Source: Amphiscolops sp. MND2022 (lineage: Eukaryota). From it: DNA of 64,000 bases. The stretch lies in contig OZ076412.1 in assembly GCA_964187785.1 (NCBI GenBank), positions 65,224,001 to 65,288,000 on the forward strand. Direction: 5' to 3'. The first letter of the stretch is position 1; every line of letters begins with the position of its first letter. Below, in pieces: positions 12,150 to 24,960 of the stretch. The position numbers and the translations under genes are program-made. The notes under the pieces were generated by a model that saw only the letters and a list, made by a program, of their open reading frames with translations, was not told where the DNA came from and searched no databases.

Positions 12150-14520
12150 CCATTTTCCATAATGAAAAAAGAACAAGATCCAAATTAAATAACCAATTGT
12201 ATGCTTTCCCAAGACAATTGGTCAGGGACTTTTTACAGTTCTACTATATACAGAGTTAACCATTTTCTTTTTACGCCACCTTGTTTGATAATTGGGATTA
12301 GGGTTTTCATTTGGTTGCAAGAGAGTACGAGGTGATTCACAATTCAGTTGACGAAATATTTTTTTAGGTTTTTCTACCATGAAAAGTTCAGAATTTTGTT
12401 ATCAGCAAACACTTGCGAAGGAATCGATTTTTTTTGGAAAAAAATTGCCTGAAGGATTCTGCTTTGCACAGATTCTATTTTACTCATATTTGTTTTATAA
12501 GCGGTACCGTATAACAGTAATCCATATGTTATGAATGATTTTGCAAACGAATTGTAGACCATTAGAAGACATTTTCTCTGATACAAGTGTCTTTACTCTA
12601 TAAATCAATTCACAAATATTGTTCAGCTTTTTAACCACATGATCAATGTGTTCTCTGAATCTAAAACTTTTATCTACGTGGATAACTAAATACTTACAAG
12701 AAATTTTGTACTAAAGTTATTTCGACAAAATTCTCAAGTTAATAGGTTTGCCGCATCCAAAAAACATTTCCTCGCACTTATCACTATTAATAGTCAACTT
12801 GCTAGATTCGAACCATTTGGATACAGCTACTCTGTCTTTTTTGACCAAGTTTTTCCATTTTTTCAATAGTATTTTATGGTCTATGATATCGAAAGCTTTC
12901 TGAAAATCAAGAAAGCAGGCCTGCCCAGTCGTTTTTTTAATCAATCACATCTCTAATGAAATCCGTTATGGCACCGATAGCTTCAGTGCAAGACATTTTG
13001 CTTCTAAAGCCATATGACTTTGGGTTCAGTAGTTTGTAAGTTTGCCAGAGTTTCATCTTTCTTTTATGAAGATTTGTTTTCGAAGTTTTTGCTCAATGAA
13101 CTCAACAGGCTAATTGGTCTGTAGTTATGAGGATCTCTTTTGTCTCCTTTCTTAAACAGAGGTTGTACTCTAGCTACTTTGAAGCACTCTGAAAAAATGC
13201 AATTTGTAATACATTGATTAAAATCCTAACGAGGAAGGGTTCATAGTAAGGAGAACAACCTTTCAAAATTTCATTACTTATTCCAGCATGACCACTGCTT
13301 TTTTTTCAAGCCGCGAAGTGTCTCACAATTTTTTTCGTTCGTAGGATTCACAAACATTGCTTTTTCAAAGTCGGATGAGGCACATTCACCTGTTGTTTCT
13401 GATAATTTGGATGACTGTTTCGGTCCGATAGATATGAAAAGGTTGTTTAAAACATTCAAGTCCGGTAAATTCGTACCATCTTGTTGCTTTTTTTAAATTG
13501 ATTTCAATGTTTTATAGGTTGTTTTAGCAGTCGGATTGGTTCCAAGTTTTTTGAAGTTTGCGTTTTTTTCTTTGATCTCATCATTTCCGTGACTTTCTTA
13601 CGACCTTCTCTGTAGGTTTAACAGTTTAACTCAATAGGGTTTCTTATCCATCGCTGGAAAAAATCATCACGTTTTTTATTGGCGTTTTTTGTTTTGTTGG
13701 TAATCCAATCCTGAGATTTATTTCGACCTGTCCACGGCTTCTCTGGTGCGAAATGAACTACAGATGCCATGATAGATTCCTATATTTATTTTACTCGTGC
13801 ATTAACCTCCGAAGTTTTATTCACTTTTTTATGCTTTTGATCTAGTAGGAACAAGAAGTTCAATGCACTCTCTTCTTTTAGCCTGTTCAAATTACGAGCA
13901 AACGGGATATTTGTGTTCTTGCTTTCTCTCCAGATCACCGATGTGTTTGCAGTTACCGTGAAGTGGTCACTAATCGTAGTTTGTATTGTTTCTGCATTTA
14001 CCGTTCTTTCTGTGATCATGTGATCAAGACATGCTTTCGATGTCGGCGTAACTCTGGTTGGTAAAAAATTACGTACTTTAAAATCATAAGCCGCCAGTAA
14101 GTTCGTGTAATCTGTTTGATCTTTGTGTTCTTCCAGTGTGTCAATATTGAACTCTCCAAAAATTATTTTCTCGCCTCTCGAAGTCTTGAGAAGATGCAAT
14201 AGAACTTCAAATTCTGGAAATTATTGATAAACGGAATGTTTCAGGTCTATAGACTGCGCAAAAGTTTTTCACATCACTGTCAGAGAAACTTGTATAATTG
14301 AACATTCTATTTGTGTTTGTTTGTCAATGCTTCAGTACTTTATATTTTCTTTCACGTAAAAAGCCACACCTCCAAATCTCCACTTAAAGCAATCTCGAGG
14401 TGTCAATTCAACTGGCTGGTAATAATAAAACCTAAAACGGTTGATATTCGTTTCGATGGAAAAAGTGATATTTCCAAATTAAATTGTTGACGTTATTCCC
14501 GATTTATTTTGTCTTGCAAA
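12150..14520 (-). mobile_element. Non-LTR retrotransposon (CR1/L2-like) ORF2 remnant: AP endonuclease and RT
   Basis: GGVAFYVKENI, IFGEFNID, PTRVT..CLDHMI..SDHF, NYRPISLLSSLSK, FLDFQKAFD and YGLLLYG; internally deleted. Confidence 0.9.
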
Positions 14521-15659
14521 GGGTTCGAATTAATTAGTTTTGCTTCGAATTAATTAAGTTTCTTCTGCTTTCCAAACTTAATCCTAATAAAACTGTTTTG
14601 TGACAGTGCGTCTATAATTACAAAACTGCGGTTTCCCAAATCAATGATTTTTCCTAGATAGTTCGTGTACAGAAAAAATGAATAAATGAAGACGTATTTC
14701 CAAATAATTGAATTTTTCAGTCGCGTGTTTCTCCAAATGCCCCCTAAGACTATACAAAAAGTTTTTGTTGACTTACCGAATCGAAGCGTCAGTTTCACGG
14801 CAGTGCCTTCACAATATGGGTAAAATGGTTCTGTCAAAATTGTAAATGCTAAAACAAGAAACTAAAACCTGACGCAATCAAAAACAGAACAGAGATATCA
14901 TGAAATGTGTTTGCCAAGCTTTGAGTCTGGAATGCAAAAATAGGCCTGAAAACTGGTGATAGAAAACACTGTACAGTTGAAGCGTAGCTTCATGATTCGA
15001 CTTGTCAATTCTGAAAAGTGCTCGTTCGAACTTCGAAACTTTTTGCTTGCCTGACAGCAACTTTTCCCTGAAGAAATTACTTTAAAGTTTTTGCTGGAAC
15101 GTTCTGTGATTATGAACGTGTCGCATGTTTTTTATCGTGAAATTTTTGTTCGGAACAGTGAAATCATTACTGTAATGAGATGTTGCATGTATATTTGCAG
15201 CACTAACCAGTTTGTCGTTTCTTCCCATTCAGCCTGAAGTAGCAGAGAGGTCGAGATTCAACACGCGTCTCCAACGCAAACATTTGCAGAACGTATGCTG
15301 TCCTGTGTTCTCCTCTTAAACATAAGACTCTGTTTTTTTTCGATGCTTGCTCTGTGGAGTGCCATCCCGTGTTTCCATCCCAAAAAAACTGATCGTAGCT
15401 GCCATTGAAAAATTCAACAACAACATGATTCCAGGCTGCCTATAGTTTCGACTATAACGGTTCCAACTTGATCATCTTAAATTTATAGAGAAAACTTGTA
15501 TGATTTCAATGGAGCTTTTCATTTTATAATTCACAATACAATCAGGTTGTTCGGGAAACCCGGGCCAATGATAATCCTTAGACAGGCGTATTGATACCTT
15601 GATAAAGAGAACAAGGAACTAATCAATCAAATTGAATCGATTAAAATTGAATCTCACGT

Positions 15660-16200
15660 TAATCCCTAGTTGAGACTGCTGTAACTTTTCACATGCTGCA
15701 TGCCTATATGCAGGGTAGTTTCTTGAAACCTAGAAATTTCAGTAAGGTTTCGGTGGTAAATCTTGTAGAATAACACTGCATTTTCCACTTCTGCAATTAC
15801 ATTTGAAAATGAATCCTCCTTAATTACCGAGACGATCACCTTGTATTCACACTTTGTTTCCCTAGCTACTCTTATCATGTGATCACTACTTCTCAAATAG
15901 GACGCTAAACATGGCGGTAATTTGCAGTTTATGGAGCGACTGGAGATATTTTGCTTTCAAATGGTGGCTATATTATTAGCAACTTATTTTCTTATAAAAT
16001 TAAAACTGTTTCATATTGAAACATGAAAAACGTCAAGGCTCAAAATTGCCGCCAAGGCATTGATGGATCTTTCAAGCAGCTTGATGAAAGTCGAATACAA
16101 AAGATAAATATTTTCGAAAGCTTCCGTAAGAGTTTTAGAAAATCATAATAAAAATTTAGGTATGCAAAAAGTTCTAGCAGTTTCAACAAGTGATGGTGAC
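15660..16200 (-). repeat. Dispersed repeat with exon-like ORFs, copy 1
   Basis: Homologous to 60285-60830 (both encode DFLKLLRKL.. and a FSNVIAEVENAV-like stretch). Confidence 0.75.
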
Positions 16201-16463
16201 TGCTGTTCTTTACAGTGGATCCGATATGACATCTACCGAGCGTCGGTTTAAAAACAATAGACAAACATTGTCGCATTTTGTCATTGCCTTGTGTTTATGA
16301 TTTGTGTTAGATTTTGTGAGCGAAAACGGTTGCCAATAAAAGAGAGTTAATCAGTAAATTCTGTTTTCTACATATTAGTCTTAGAACACAACAATTGTCT
16401 CATCATTGAGACACCACGAAAAATTGAAACTGGGAAGTTGGCGGCGAACAATCTTTGGAAAAG

Positions 16464-17581
16464 TGTAGGAACGGCTGTTAGATTCATTTAGATAAACTAG
16501 AATGTACATTTATTCCGTTCCTTTCTCTAATGTAAAAGTCCTCTTTTCGGTCAAGGTAAACACGATGTTGGTCAACTCGCCAATTTGCCTGTTCATGTCG
16601 GAGAACCGCTTTTCTGTCCTATTTCGGTCACAATTCCTCTCATGGTTTAGTAAATCACCATTTTCAAATTGAATCATTTGTTGTCTTGAGAGCATGTCAG
16701 AGAGACTATGATCACTTTCGTTAACACTCAAGATTTCTATTGCTTTGACCTGTAATGTTTTGAAGGTTTATTTGTATGAAAGGTTGTTTAGTAAGAAAGT
16801 ATGAAGCTAAATTCGAGGTTCGATTACACAGTACTATAGTAACTATAAGCCATGGTGGAGCAAGTTGTAATGCAGTCTTACAGATATCTACGTTTTACTC
16901 AAACGTGTTATCATCCATTAGTACTAGCCGATAATATTGCGTGTACTGAAAGGTTTTAATTAGCACCATCTCTATATTTGAGTGAAAGGTACAACTGTGT
17001 GTTCCGGATATCGTAGTAACCAATCAACTCAATTATTTCGGTGGTGTGTAAGTTATGGTAGCACGTTTCGGTCATCATGGCGAAAAAATTTGAAATTACC
17101 AAAACGGATTAGAAGGTACAACTGCATGTTTCGATCGTCATGGCGACTTTGTACTTAGATTGCTTTCAAGTATATTCATCATGACTGTAATCATCGGTAA
17201 TGAAATTAATATCTGTTTGTTGAAATTAAATGGAAAACTAAATGAATAAGTATAAATTCGAATATCAGGCTATTTAAAGAAAACATGAACGTCATGGTTA
17301 TGAATGAAAGATTTTGACGACTGATTGCTCCAGTCATTCTTGCATGTACTTTCAAATGAAATGAAAGTGTAAGCATCAGACGGACAAGCAATTGTTGAAA
17401 TATTGCATCTGTGACTGGCTGGTCCAGTCGTGTTAACACGCATATAAAAAAATAAATTATTGAAATGTGAAAGTTATTGATGCTGAAAAGTAACTAACGG
17501 ACTTGTACAACTTGTATGTATATTGTATGCAGATATTGAATTGATTCCTTATATTTTTTATCATGCCATTCAGGCATGACA
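16464..17581 (-). repeat. Gypsy-X 3' LTR (about 1118 bp)
   Basis: Minus strand TGTCATGCC...CCTACA; homologous along its length to 45178-46367. Confidence 0.85.
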
Positions 17582-17594
17582 TTTCCCCTCTTTG
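17582..17594 (-). promoter_or_regulatory. Polypurine tract of Gypsy-X
   Basis: aaagaggggaaa directly 5' of TGTCATG on the minus strand. Confidence 0.8.
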
Positions 17595-19125
17595 AGAGAG
17601 GGTAAGTTTTAGGGTGCGTGGAGGTTAATGGATTGTGTATGCACTGTGTTGGTCCGGAGGTGAATGATATCAAATGGTTGACTGCTAGGTACAGGATAGA
17701 TCAAAGTGATGAGTGCGAGCTTGGGTGAGCATTACATTTCTCGGAAGCACGAACAACTTTCAGTGAGGCGGCGGAGAGGAAGTGAGAGTTATGGAGTGTC
17801 GTTTATTTATTTAAGCAGTTGTAGAGCCACAACCTCCTGTTGTGCGCGTTGTAGAGAAAATGTTTTTTTTAAAAGAAAATTTCGTCAATCATCGGCAGTT
17901 GATTGATTGTTGTTGCTAGTAGATTGGAAGTCAGTTGAGTGTGCTTGTACGTTGTTGCGCTTTTATTGAACCCTAATTTATCATTGTTTACCAGGAAATT
18001 CCGTGGTAAAGTGATTTTCCTGCTCATTTTCCCACACGCTTTTTCTGCATTGTTGTGATTTTCCCATCGGCTGATTAGGTTAGGAGGGTGTGGACTGCTG
18101 AAGGTTTCGTTTTAATTTAAATTTTCTTTCTCGTATTGGGTCGGGTTGCTTGACGTAGAATTATGAAGGGTGACTCCTTTTGATCTGAGCTTGGTTACAC
18201 CATTTGAATTCGTTAACCGTGAAATTTCCCTGCAGGTCATTCTTGACTTTCCAGTACAAAATGGGTAGGACTGTTTGTTCGGGTGGGTCCATTTTCATGA
18301 AGTTGAAATAGTTGATCAGGTTATTATAACTTTGAATGGAAAAAAGAACTAATTTAGTCGTTTTCACATTTACTTTACGCCGAAGTGTCGTTCCCTCCAG
18401 TAAAATCATATCACAGGAGGGCGACACTCTATCATTTGGTGCATCGTTATCGCAGTTGGTGTCAGATGTTTAAAGCCAACTGCTAGAAGATGCTGCTACC
18501 AAGTTTGAAGAAAGTGGGACTAGATTGGCGCTTCCAGCAAAACTGAAGGAAACCAGTCATTGTTGTTGAGTTTGCTACTCGGGTGTCTGCCACTAATGTA
18601 TCTGGTTTGGGTGAAGTCCTGGATCTGATCTTGTCTCAAGAGTTTGGTAAGTGCGGCTTTAGTATTTCGGGTGCCTCTCCCTTCTCTCTGGTTTCTTGTT
18701 CGTGTGTGGTACTATCGGGTCGCAGCAACGCTGCAAGTATTCGCAGATGATACCTATTATGGGTCGTCATCAAACACGTAATGTGTTCTTCCCGACATTT
18801 TGGCAAAGCTGTTTAGACGTTCTATTATGGTTTTAGCTGATGTTAGCATGGTTGACTTCGTCGGTCACATGCGGCAATTCCGGCAGTCTGTGAGGCTAAG
18901 GCTCCTCTGTTTCGCCGAATAGATGTTTTTCGCTCTTCGCACTTCCGTTAGTAGACTATTGGGAACTCAATTTGCAGTGTTTTACTCTGTGTTTTGAACT
19001 ACCGTCCTGTGTTCGTCATTTGAAAAAGGCGTAATCTTCGGCAGTTGTCATTTAGATATCACGACTGTTATGGGAGGGTGTAGTCTTTAGTTGGATTTCC
19101 TTTTAGAGTCGTGTGTTTATTGCAG

Positions 19126-19458
19126 ATGGACGCAGAGGTTGTCTTTGGGCAATTCTCTGAAATGTTCGACCGAATTGAACATCAACTTCATCAGTGGGTG
19201 AAAGCTGCAGTTGACTCGACCCTGGATGATTTCGGCACCGTTGGGGCAAGGGCTGTGGAGGAGTTCTGGGCTAGACCCAAGCAAGTCGGTCGTCGAGTGT
19301 GGCTTGCGAGGATGCGCTAGCATTGTCAGCGATTCCTCAAGCTAGTCAGTGCGAGCACGTTAGAGCAGAATTTGGTAGAGATATCTGTGATTCCTTCTGA
19401 GTTCGGTAGTCATGGAGGCCTACCATCAGTGGTGACGATTGTCGTCGAAACCAGGTAA
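19126..19458 (+). pseudogene. Antisense accessory ORF A of Gypsy-X (about 110 codons, one internal TAG)
   Basis: tttattgcAG directly before ATG; MDAEVVFGQFSEMFDRIEHQL..VVETR*; no family recognised. Confidence 0.55.
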
Positions 19459-19617
19459 GAATCTCAAAAGTTCATGCGCGGGGTTTTAGTATATATGGTT
19501 TCTTAACATGTAGTTTTGGATTGAGTTTTTTTGTACTTAGAAGTATTCCTCTTTTGTTTTGTTTTTTTTTTAAGGTGGTCGCTTTTTACTAATTTCCTTC
19601 TCTTTGGTCTGTTTTAG

Positions 19618-22389
19618 TGCGTAAGGGACCCATCAAGACTTTGAAGCCCTCGTTTTTTGTGTCGGGCGTTGTCGGGACAATCGTTGGCTTCCCACGGCAT
19701 AAGAGGATGATTGACGGTTTTGAACAATGCTTTGCAACGTCGTTTTAAGCATCACAGTGCGAGGGTTGCACAATCCTTGGGTCAGGAGCACACGCGGTTA
19801 GAGCAGAAGTACCGTATAATGACCAACGAGCCGTTGTTGGACAAGTCGTGCAGGCCTGTTTCCAAGGAGGAGTTTCAACGCATCTGCATGGAGAGATTGT
19901 CTGAGCTCCATGTAAAATTGGAGTCACCTTTGGGACTGACCGTTGATGCGCAGGTAGCCAAAGAATTAGAAGATGAGAAAACCTGAAGTGTCTGAAGCAA
20001 GTGAAGCTTACTTCTGGTTGTGTTGTTTTATGAAATGCTTCGTGTCCATGGCTAGTTTCGGAACGATGATCAAGTTTCTGGAAGGCTGCACCAACAGTTT
20101 GCGCGGAGAGCTACCGTGCGCTGGAAGGACGCTCTCGTACAGAGGTAGTCAGTCGAGCTATTTGGTATTGTGTTTTGTCTGTTTACTCGATCTCGGTAGA
20201 TGTTCTTGTAGTGGGTAGGAATCACATGCACGAGTATAGAAAATTGAAAACTGTTAGATTACGTAACTAGCTGATGTTGGTGTTTTTGTGTTTTGACTGC
20301 TGATGTTTGCTTACAGTCTTGGAGTCTATGGAATTTATCCATACGTCATAGAGAAGTTTTCGGCTTCCATGAGTCGCGTGACGGTTGCTTTTAGCGGTTG
20401 GACTGCCATGTGTTTGACTGTCTGTCAGTCAAGTCTTTCGTTCTTGCAGTGGTCCCTGTGTCACAGATTTTTGCGAAACACTGTCTGCTTTGGCGTGTGT
20501 CTCTGTTCATGGTTTGTCGTTCGTTTGTGGGGCCTCACAATATCCCGCTTGGACTGACACAGGCAACTTTCGCGTTCCTTGTGATGCCCTTTGTTGGCAA
20601 ACGTTTTCAGTTGGACTGGATGAAAAATCTTCGGGCTCGGCAATTGTTGAAAAAATTCAGTGAACAAGAACCGATTGTCATCTTGGACGCAGCTTTCGAA
20701 CGCTTGCCTATATTACGGAGGGTGAGTAATGTTATGTTCATTCGTCGGATGTTATAGTGCTCCATTTGTTTCTGTGTTGTTTTAGTTTGTGAGTGGAGGT
20801 TTGACTTGGCTGGCTTATGTTTCGAACTAGTCGAGCGGTGGTAAGACTTAAGCGTGTACTTTGGAGTGAATCCTGCCACTTCAGGACCTGAGAGACGCAA
20901 CTTAGGTTCAATGGAGACGCAAGTGTTCAGTGATGCAATGGCACGACCGCGTTTCGCCGTCATCAAGTTCAGTTTAGAGATTAGTGAGTGTTTTGATTCT
21001 TTTTCTTGTTTGGTTGTGTTTTTGGCTGTTTGTGTATTTAGGTGCGTCATGGAGTGGGCTTATATATGTGTGCATTCATAGTGTTGATTGCGGCTATTTG
21101 TTTCAGTCGTGGCACAGTTTCCCCGATTATGCAGTTCTTACCGGGACCGGAGTCTTTGTTTTGAAAGGAAGTTGTTTCTATTTTTACGTGTCCTGCTGAT
21201 CTTGGTTTACGGCCCTGAGGATCTCCTTACAAAAACTGATCTCCATGGTCTGCTCAGTTACAAATGAGGCGTGCTACCAGGCGTTGTTCGGTCATTATTC
21301 TCGATTCGACGTGAGTCAACAGCGTCCCTGTTTCTACCGTGAATTACAAACGTTTCTCAGGCGCATCTGCAGGCAGTGTTCAGAGGAACTGGAGCAGCGC
21401 TGAATACGTCATCTTTGTTTGATGCTTTTCGACCCGCAACTGATTTACGATGGCTCATTAGACCAACTTATTGAAATGCTGGTTGAAACCTTCTCACGGT
21501 TGGAATTCAGCAATTTGTGCAACAGGGAAGATGGCGGCGTGATCATTCAGCAGTATCAGGAGATGGTGCTGTTTTTCAAGCAACGTTGGACGACCGTGGT
21601 GCCCGCAAAAGATGACCTCGTATCGCTCTCAATGTCAAACGGACGTGGTGCCAAGACCTGCTAGGAGTTGTTCATGTCTTGTTTAGTGGAATGCTCCATG
21701 GTGACTATGTCGCTGATTTTAAGTGGGTGTGACAGTCGTCGACGAGAAAATATTGCTCTCAAGTTGGCTCTTCGTTAAAAACTGGATGTCAAGTGGTTTC
21801 GTAGGACAGTCGCGACGGGCTATGGCTGGCTTCGTACGGCACTGCGAGACCACAGATATACAAGTTTCGCGGCTGCAGAATGTTGTTCGTTGCGAGCAGC
21901 TTGGCAAAGTCATTATTGAAGATCTCTATGAGCGTTGTACTGTTGTGTTTGGATGATCAGGAGGTGCCAGAAGTACCAGTTGTGGATGAGTATCAGTCGG
22001 CCAAGTGTGAACAGTGTAGGCTGTTAGAGGCACAGACAACCGTTAGCACGCCGAGGTGTGAGTAACGGCAAGGCGGCGAGTGGGCAACGACCTCACACAA
22101 AAGCGTCTGTCGTGCTGAGCAGAGAAGAAACTGCTGAGGACTCTGCGAAAAAGAAACTATTGTTACGTGTTTCACGCTCGAAGAAGTGCGGCAACAGTGG
22201 GCGAAGAATAGGAGGTGGATGTTCTTGCCTGCGAAGCCAAAAGGGACCGCAAGTTCTACTGTGAGGGCAACTGGGCCTGGTTGGAGCAAAGAATCAGGGC
22301 GTCAATTTTCTGAGATTTCTGATAGTGAGTCGGGTGGCAGTTTGTATTGTAGTCGAAGAGATCAGTCCTGCTCGTCGGAGGAGTATTGA
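19618..22389 (+). pseudogene. Spliced antisense gene inside Gypsy-X (at least 5 exons, unknown protein)
   Basis: Introns 20001-20055, 20234-20316, 20722-20757 and 20984-21041 all join ORF-track frames in phase; scattered stops and frameshifts. Confidence 0.7.
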
Positions 22390-22576
22390 TTAGGCAAGTA
22401 GTTTGCCAAACTTTATGAATATTGTGACAAACTAGTGCATTGATTGTTTTTTGTATTTTGAATTGATTGAATTTCACAGTACGTTGTTTGTTGGTTGGTA
22501 TTACTAGTCATTTTATGTTTGAGCGTGCTATATAGAAGACTTTTGATTTGTATGTATGATTTCGATGAGACGTTTT

Positions 22577-23047
22577 TAGTTGGCGCTTTTCTTAAGAAAA
22601 GACCCCGACTATTACAGTTACTCGTTTTTTTTATTTAAGACAGACTCGAAGCGACGAACGTTAAAATTAACGTTCAACTACTAAACTACTAAATACAGTA
22701 TTAAACTACTGGACCGGTAAAGGCAAACGGGGAGCGCATTCATTTACCTTTTAAACGTTACCTACAAGCCGGACCGGTCCCCACTTTCGATTTTTTTCGG
22801 CACTGTGAGACTTTTTTCGAAATTTTTTAAATGTCCCCAAAGGGTCCCCCTTTGAGTTTTTTGTTATTTTGCTACAGAATGCGTGTTTATAAATCAAAAA
22901 GGTCCCCTCTTTTACATTTTTCGGCACTGTGCGACATTTTCCGAAAGAAAAATGTTTTTCGAAAATTTCATATTTTTTTCCGAAAAAAATGTTTTGCGCT
23001 TTTTGAGCCCTAGATATAGCGCCGACTTGAGACGTTCCCGTCTTGTT
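22577..23047 (+). mobile_element. HINE copy 2
   Basis: tagttggcgc ... gcgccgact; hairpin agacg-ttcc-cgtct; shares its internal blocks with copy 1. Confidence 0.7.
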
Positions 23048-23699
23048 GCTATTTGTATCAGATTGTTGGCCATGTTGGTCTAATTAATTGGAGAGTTAGA
23101 AAAAAACCCGGAGTCAGCAAGAGTGGAAACGACTCGGTAGGTGTATTTACCGAGAGATTAAACCTCCGTAGTTTGACTTGTTGCGAACGTTTTTCTCGAA
23201 TAATTCTTGTTACTGAACATGTTTTCATTTTTCTTTGTGATTTCAAGATATTGTCGTATTGCTAGGTGATTTAGTCAGTGGAGAATGTTAGAGTCTAGGG
23301 ACGTTGGTTTCCAGCGGTCATCGGTGTGGTTTTCGTTAGTTGTCTATACGCGACATAGCAGCATTACATGTTGCATGTTATGTTTTAGAAGACTTTTTTT
23401 GCATTTTCGAGAGTTATGTTCTATCTCGTGGTTTTTTATTTTTTTTTCAGTTCATTGGAAAGTTTTTTGCCGTCGCAAAATATAAATCAAAATTAACTGC
23501 GAATCCACTTAGACAGCTGGGTTACCAGTGATTAAGCTTCATCTGATACAGTTCCGACTCCCGACACTCACGACAGTCCAGCAACGATAGTTAGAGTGCC
23601 TGATTTTTGGGTGTAATATTGATTGTCGGCTTACATAAGTGAAGCAGTTAGTTAATCCCAGCTTTCATTTTTTCTCTGATGGGTCGGGTAGTTGGCACT

Positions 23700-24220
23700 G
23701 TGGGTTTGTTTTTTGAAACAGCAAGTGGTAGTTTTGATGTGTTCTCTTTGTTAGAGAATGTTTCATGTAATTCTTATATAAATTGCCTAAGTTAAGTGGC
23801 ACCAAGAAGAGTAACACATGTACAGTGCTGTGGCTGTTCCGATGGATGACTGTGTGTAGCTGTCATTGAACTGCTCGTGCTTTGTTTGTTTAACTTAAGC
23901 AGGTGTTAATGCGTTTATTCGACTACCCTTTTCATTATTGAATAGTAGAGACGACTGCAGGTGGCGGTTATTACACTGCTCAGTTCACAAGGCACAGTTT
24001 GATTGCGGTGTTCTTGTGTTCTTGCATGTAGGGGCTATGTGTAAATAGTAAGGATTGAATATTGAATCTAGAAGTAGATTTGTTGTGTCAGTTTTAGCAG
24101 GTTTCAGGTTGGGTTCGGCGTTAGAACTGTAACTGCTTACGCGACCACAAAGAATAAAAACATTCTCACCTGCTAAGCTCTGCCGTGGGTGATCTGCTGG
24201 AAAGTTTTCAAGTGACGCTG
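23700..24220 (-). pseudogene. Putative C-terminal part of an extra sense ORF (env-like) of Gypsy-X
   Basis: Position after integrase; Cys-containing frames ending in the hydrophobic IGTATALYMCYSSWC. Confidence 0.3.
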
Positions 24221-24449
24221 CTGGTGTCAATTGCAAGACGAGAAACTGAATTTCGTAAATTAGACTACCTCGAAACTTGGCACACACATACTTGTGGTGC
24301 TAACCTAATATTTCACTTGAAGCACCCCACCCTGTTTGTTCCCAGGTTTCCGAGCATTTAACACCGAAAGTGAACTAGGTGGGCCCCATGAAGGACCAAT
24401 TTTGTTATACAAGTTATTATCTGACTTTCTAATTTGACCCTGAAGGAAA

Positions 24450-24960
24450 TTTAACTTTGTGGAAAATATTGATATTTACATTATGTATACATACTTTCTA
24501 GCCCGCCTAACAATCATGCCAAAACCTTCACATAGTTTGTTGACTAAATGAAGAACTTCATTAGGCTATTGTGACTCTGGGAGTTTGGGCTATCGTGACT
24601 TTAGGAACTAAATTGAATTGAACGGTGAAGAGATGGATCAAACAAAACGGTATGATATCAACAAATGTGGAAACTTCCTTAAGAAATCTGCAGACAAAGC
24701 CAAAACTTTGAGTTCTTGGAATGCAGTTGTTGAGGACGGTAAGTCAGTAAAAGAAATTGATGACAACTTAGGTTGTCCCCATGACAACAAGCAAAGAGCT
24801 GAATTACTGTTAAAAGCAACGACGCAGTTCAGAAGCCTGAACGCCTCAGACAGGCAGTTCAAAATGCGGTAAAGCTCAAGTAATAATCTCAGATATGCGA
24901 AGCGTTCGCAAACGTGAAAAAAGAGATTCGGAGCCGATTTGGTGAGTTGCAGCAACTACA
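24450..24960 (+). repeat. BEL-2 5' LTR-like segment
   Basis: The first ~100 bp are homologous to 30609-30720 and to the BEL-3 LTRs; the 3' end (..gcagcaactaca) is uncertain. Confidence 0.5.

Noticed and set aside
14550-15420. LINE ORF1 with a PHD finger
   Set aside because: Could not recover a consistent Cys/His pattern in any frame.
19455-19617. Intron joining ORF A to the spliced antisense gene
   Set aside because: The donor is phase 2 and the acceptor phase 1; ORF A also has its own stop (agg taa).
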